A model generated the notes under the pieces. That model ran no database searches, had not been told where the DNA came from, and saw only the letters and a program-made list of their open reading frames with translations. Position numbers and translations under genes: made by a program. From positions 1,426,001 through 1,490,000 of the forward strand of contig CM075981.1 in the NCBI GenBank assembly GCA_038087875.1: 64,000 nt of DNA, in the 5' to 3' direction. The DNA comes from Malacoraja senta. Its lineage: Eukaryota. This document shows, in pieces, positions 59,602 through 64,000 of the stretch (positions are counted from its first letter, which is position 1; each line of letters begins with the position of its first letter).

Positions 59602-59916
59602 CTGCAGTGTGGGGAGAGAGGAATTTAACAGGAGTTGTGGGAAGAGCCATCACAATCGATTGTCACTATGCAGCAGAGTTCCGCTCACAGGCTAAATACT
59701 GGTGCCGTGGGCAGAGTCGCCAATGTACAGATATGGTGGAAACAAATGGGCAACACGGACGGAGTGGAAGAGTGTCAATCACCGATATACCGGCACTAAG
59801 AATATTTACTATGACTGTGGAAGATCTTCACTCTGGAGATACAGGATGGTACAGCTGTGGAATCACAGCACCTGCCGACCATTCAATGTTTAACGTATAT
59901 CTCCAAGTATCTGACG
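59602..59916 (+). CDS. Gene 3 exon V3
   Basis: 315 nt, canonical splice sites, Cys and Trp. Confidence 0.93.
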
Positions 59917-61973
59917 GTACGTTTCGCAGCGATTGACTTAATGTCTCCACTGAAAAGCCTGATCCATGTTTTCTCCGGGAAGGGTCAGGGCAGCACCGAT
60001 ATCTCGAGGCTCCGCAGCAGTGCAGAGGCCTGCGGGGAGCGGGCGAGGGTCGGGAAACCCCACTCATGTTTGCTCTCACCCAGTGCGGGCTCTGTCCCAT
60101 TGAGCGGCCACCCACTTCAAGACACTCAACACATTACCCTGCCTCTGAATTGTATGAAATATCACCCTGTCAGAGGTTTGCATTCCGACAAACTAATAAC
60201 CCGACAGATCAGTGAGAAACAAGTGTTGCTCGCCGTCTGAATACCCGGAGAATCATAAACAGGGAATCAGTCCCCAGAGCTCCACAGACTGCGTTCAGTC
60301 CCCAGGTACCTTCCCCTACAACTGCAGGAGATGCAACACCAGTCACTATATATCCCCCCCTTTACTCCATCCATGGGCCTCAACAGTCTTTTCGGGTGAG
60401 GCAGACGTTCACTTGCATCTCCTCTAACCTCATCTACTCTATCCGCTGTTCCAGGTGTGAACAAGCGGATATAGTAGATGGGAGACCAAGCGCAGACTCG
60501 GCGATCGTTTCGCTGAACAACTCCGCTCAGTCTGCCTCGGCCTACGCTACATCCCGATTGCTAAACACTTTTATTCCCCCTCCCATTCCCAAACTGAACT
60601 TTCCGTCCTGGACCTCCTCCAGTGTCAGAGTGAGGCCAAAGGCAAATTGGAAAATCAGCGCCTCATATTTCGCTTGGGCAGCTTACAACCCAGCGGTTTG
60701 AATATTGACATCTCTAACTTCAAGTAACCCTTGCTTTACTCCTTTCCATCCCGCCCCCATCCGAAACCTCCAATTAGATTCACCTGATAATATTTTACTG
60801 ATTGTATGCCTCGTTGTCACCTTCCCTTCAGCTGACAATGATTCATTCTACATTTCCCTTTAACATTGTCACCTTTGATCACTTGTTTTAACATCTTACC
60901 CTTCCATTTCTCTTCTGTCACCCAGAACATGACTGTCAGGCTGGAGAAGGGTCTCGATCCGAAACTTCACCCACTCCTTCTCTCGAGAGATGCTGCCTGC
61001 TCCGCTGAGTTCCCCCAGTATTTTGTGTCTCTCTTAAAGCGATCGTAATTAGTTTTCGCGATTAAATTACAAGGCATTGAATTGTGTTTTTGGCACGCTG
61101 GTCTTCATCAGTGAGAACATTCAGAATATAATTTGAGATAATATGCTTCAGACGTGCAGATGTTCAGTCCACACTTTGGGAATTGTGTTCAGCTTCAGTC
61201 ACTCAGCTCCAAGAAAAGTTGAGATGGACAGCGTGCAGAAAGGTTTAAGGGCGACGTTGCCTGGACAGGATGGGATTGACGCAGGGGGCGATTGGACAAA
61301 CTCAGACTCCATTCCTTAGTGTGGAAATGATTGAGAGAGGAACTTATAGAAATGTATCAATCACGAGAAGCATGTTCATTTTCCCACGATGTGTGGAATC
61401 AAAAAGTGGAGGACAGAGGTAATGGGAACTATTTAAAGAGGGAGGAATAGTAAGGTGCAATTGACCATAATGTCATGTTTTGTACAGATGAGTGGCCGAA
61501 GCTGAACACAATTCGCACAAGTTCGACCTCAACAACATATGTACAACTGAAACATAACATCCCAACATATGTTCTGAGGAACAACATTTTCCACACATTG
61601 GGTAATATGTACATGGAACCTGCTGCCAGGGGAAGTTGTTGAGGCAGTTAGAATAGCAGCATTTAAAATAAATTTTGGATATTTGCGTAGATTGGGATCA
61701 TTGCGAGTGATAAATGAGAAACGCGGACATATGGAAATGTCATAGAAAGACATGTTGGTCGGCATTAATGAGCTGTTGTGATGGGCATCTTTCGGTTCTC
61801 TATAACTCTAACCTTCTTCGGTTTCTGCGCTTCGCACACTCCCAGAGATGTAGATGAGCCGGTGAGGTATCAACCGGACGGTTCGGGCTGAGATAAAGTG
61901 CTGCTGAGATTTAGCAAGTGTTTGGTTTTTAACAATTCATACAGGTGACTGAATATTTGCTCCATTCCCACAG

Positions 61974-62294
61974 AACCCATTTCTGCTCCTGTGCTCAGTT
62001 ATCTGTCAGCAGCAAATGCCTCACGTCTTGGAGGCTCAGTGTCAGTGTCCTGTGAGTCTCTCCGTGGATCCCTTCCCATCCATTACACGTGGTTTGAGAA
62101 GAAGGAGCATCGGGTGTCAACGATCTTGAAAGGCAATCAACTGGATCTGAGTTGTGACATCCTCAGAGGTGAACACCTTCGATATTACTGCACAGCCGCA
62201 AATAATCGTGGGACAAAACCCAGTGAAATAGTCAAGGTGAAAGTCTTCAAAGGAGCAGGAACGTGCAGTTATGTGACAGAAATGAACAATGCAG
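61974..62294 (+). CDS. Gene 3 exon C2a (intact)
   Basis: cccacag| acceptor and |gtgagt donor; 321 nt open. Confidence 0.93.
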
Positions 62295-64000
62295 GTGAGT
62301 GTTCCTCTCGTGTCCCTGAACCTGCTGCTATTCACCTTGTGGTGATGTTCATGGATTTCTTGTTATTTGCAGACGGCATCATTGCAGCCACCGTGAGCTC
62401 ATGCTGTAAAATGCGAGAGTTTGTTTGGGGGACTGGCAAATAATTGCCCGTAGCTTCCACCATGGAGGTGTTGCGCAATTTCAGCAAAGGAGAGAAAGAC
62501 ATGCACTTGTCACAAAGGGTTGAGTGCACTCCATCAAATTTCTGCCTTCTGCCTTAAAAAATGCCGCTTGGCTGCCGCTTAAGGTCTCACAGTCACTTTG
62601 AGACATTGAAAGCAACCAAATGCATCCTGTTTGGATCCGCCATCATTTACAATCAAGGATGTGAGACCAAGCGGAGGCTTGGCGATCGTTTCGCCGAACA
62701 CCTCCGGTCGGTCCGCAATAACCAACCTGAACTCCCGGTGGCTCAGCACTTCAACTCCCCCTCCCATTCCGTATCTGACCTCTCTGCCCTGGGTCTCCTC
62801 CATGGCCACAGCGAGCAACGCCGTAAATTGGAGGAAATGCACCTCATATTCCGCTTGGGCAGTCTACATCCTGGTGGCCTGAACGTTGAATTCTCCCAAT
62901 TCTGCTAGCCCTGGCTGTCCCCTCCCCTTCATCAGCCATCTGGTTGTCTCCTCCCCTCCCCCAGCCCTCGGGCTCCTCCTCCGCCTTTTCCTTTTTTCCT
63001 TTCTTCTCCCCACCCCCTTTCAGTCTGAAGAAGGGTTTCGGCCCGAAACGTTACCTATTTCCTTCGCTCCATAGATGCTGCTGCACCCGCTGAGTTTCTC
63101 CAGCATTTTTGTGTACCTATGTACAATTTCATGATCATGTTCATGATTTTAACTGTTAATTTGTGTTAAACTCCAGTAATATCACTAAATTAAATTGTAA
63201 TCTACTTGGCCGTCACTCCATCAAGTATAACCCTTACTTTTGTCAAAGAGAATTTTGAAATGAACTCCCAGTAGTCGTGGAGACGTTCAGATTGGAAGTC
63301 CAGATTAGAGTGTGAATGGTTTACATCAGAGAGACCAAGCTTATACAATGCCAGCGTTTCTTAAACTATTTCAGTGCCATTCACCCTTGAGTCTTTATTA
63401 CAAGATTTAATTCACCCTCCACTAAATATTCTTATGTTTTTTGGGTTATTATCATCTTATTTTCACGTGTGCATAATTTTATATATAATTTATTTTGTCA
63501 CATGAGCAAAAAACATGAATTAACTCATTCACCCCAAAATAATTTCATTCGCCCTTGGGTAAACCATTCATCAGTTTAAGAAGCACTGGCCGAGGCTACA
63601 ATTTCGCCGAACACTTGTGTTTGGTCTGTCATGACCCAGAGTCGTACTTGATAGACACCCCGTTGATGCAGAGCAGCAGCAGTTTGCACCATCTGCACGA
63701 TGCACTGCAGCAACTCACCAAGACTCCCAAGACATTACCTTCCAATTGCAACAGGCTCCGTGTTCAATGCATCATTAGTCACCATTCACACCCACATTGG
63801 CTGGGAAGCGCTTTGGAACGATGTGCAGATGGTGAGGGACGGTGTACAGTATCTGTCTCTCATCGCAATCTAGGTGGAATTCAACAGAGTTAAGAAAATC
63901 ATTGGGCGGACTCCCCTGTATATATTGATGTATACTATAATGTATATGTTTGTGAAAGACTAATTTTGCTCTTCAATCTATGAAAGAATTTCCTTCAGTT

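Larger units (their letters stand above)
51318..64000 (+). other. Gene 3 (3'-partial): leader, V1, V2, V3 and C2a all intact; the window ends at the V4 acceptor tract
   Basis: Colinear with gene 2; the last bases (ttccttcagtt) match those just before the V4 acceptor at 37466. Confidence 0.88.

Noticed and set aside
7276-59916. V exons as rearranging Ig/TCR V segments
   Set aside because: Each V exon encodes a complete domain through the G strand and ends at a splice donor; no heptamer-spacer-nonamer follows. The CACAGTG hits inspected (10029, 10501, about 12149, 15454) lie in SINE or intron sequence and lack a nonamer at 12 or 23 bp.

Overview
Vertebrate genomic DNA; the repeat families and gene type are most consistent with a cartilaginous fish such as a skate or ray (inference). 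The window holds a head-to-tail tandem array of three paralogous immunoglobulin-superfamily receptor genes on the + strand: gene 1 (5' part upstream of the window), gene 2 (all ten exons present, two of them frameshifted) and gene 3 (3' part downstream). The exon structure, rebuilt from AG/GT splice sites and a self-consistent phase chain, is leader - V1 - V2 - V3 - C2a - V4 - C2b - stalk - TM - short tail (2124 nt, 707 aa if all exons are intact). The V domains carry the CD300/pIgR/TREM-type KYWC..C extra disulfide. The TM has an N-terminal Arg and the tail lacks tyrosine, which points to an activating receptor resembling the skate modular domain immune-type receptors (MDIRs). Different exons are broken in different copies, and V1 and V3 diverge at very different rates between genes 2 and 3. 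Introns are filled with CR1, L1 (one full-length copy with both ORFs open), a Tx1-like fragment, Penelope-like GIY-YIG remnants, tRNA-derived SINEs and a hAT-like MITE; several insertions have templated 5' junctions. There is one 383-N assembly gap. No rRNA genes, true tRNA genes, CRISPR arrays or canonical RSS were found.
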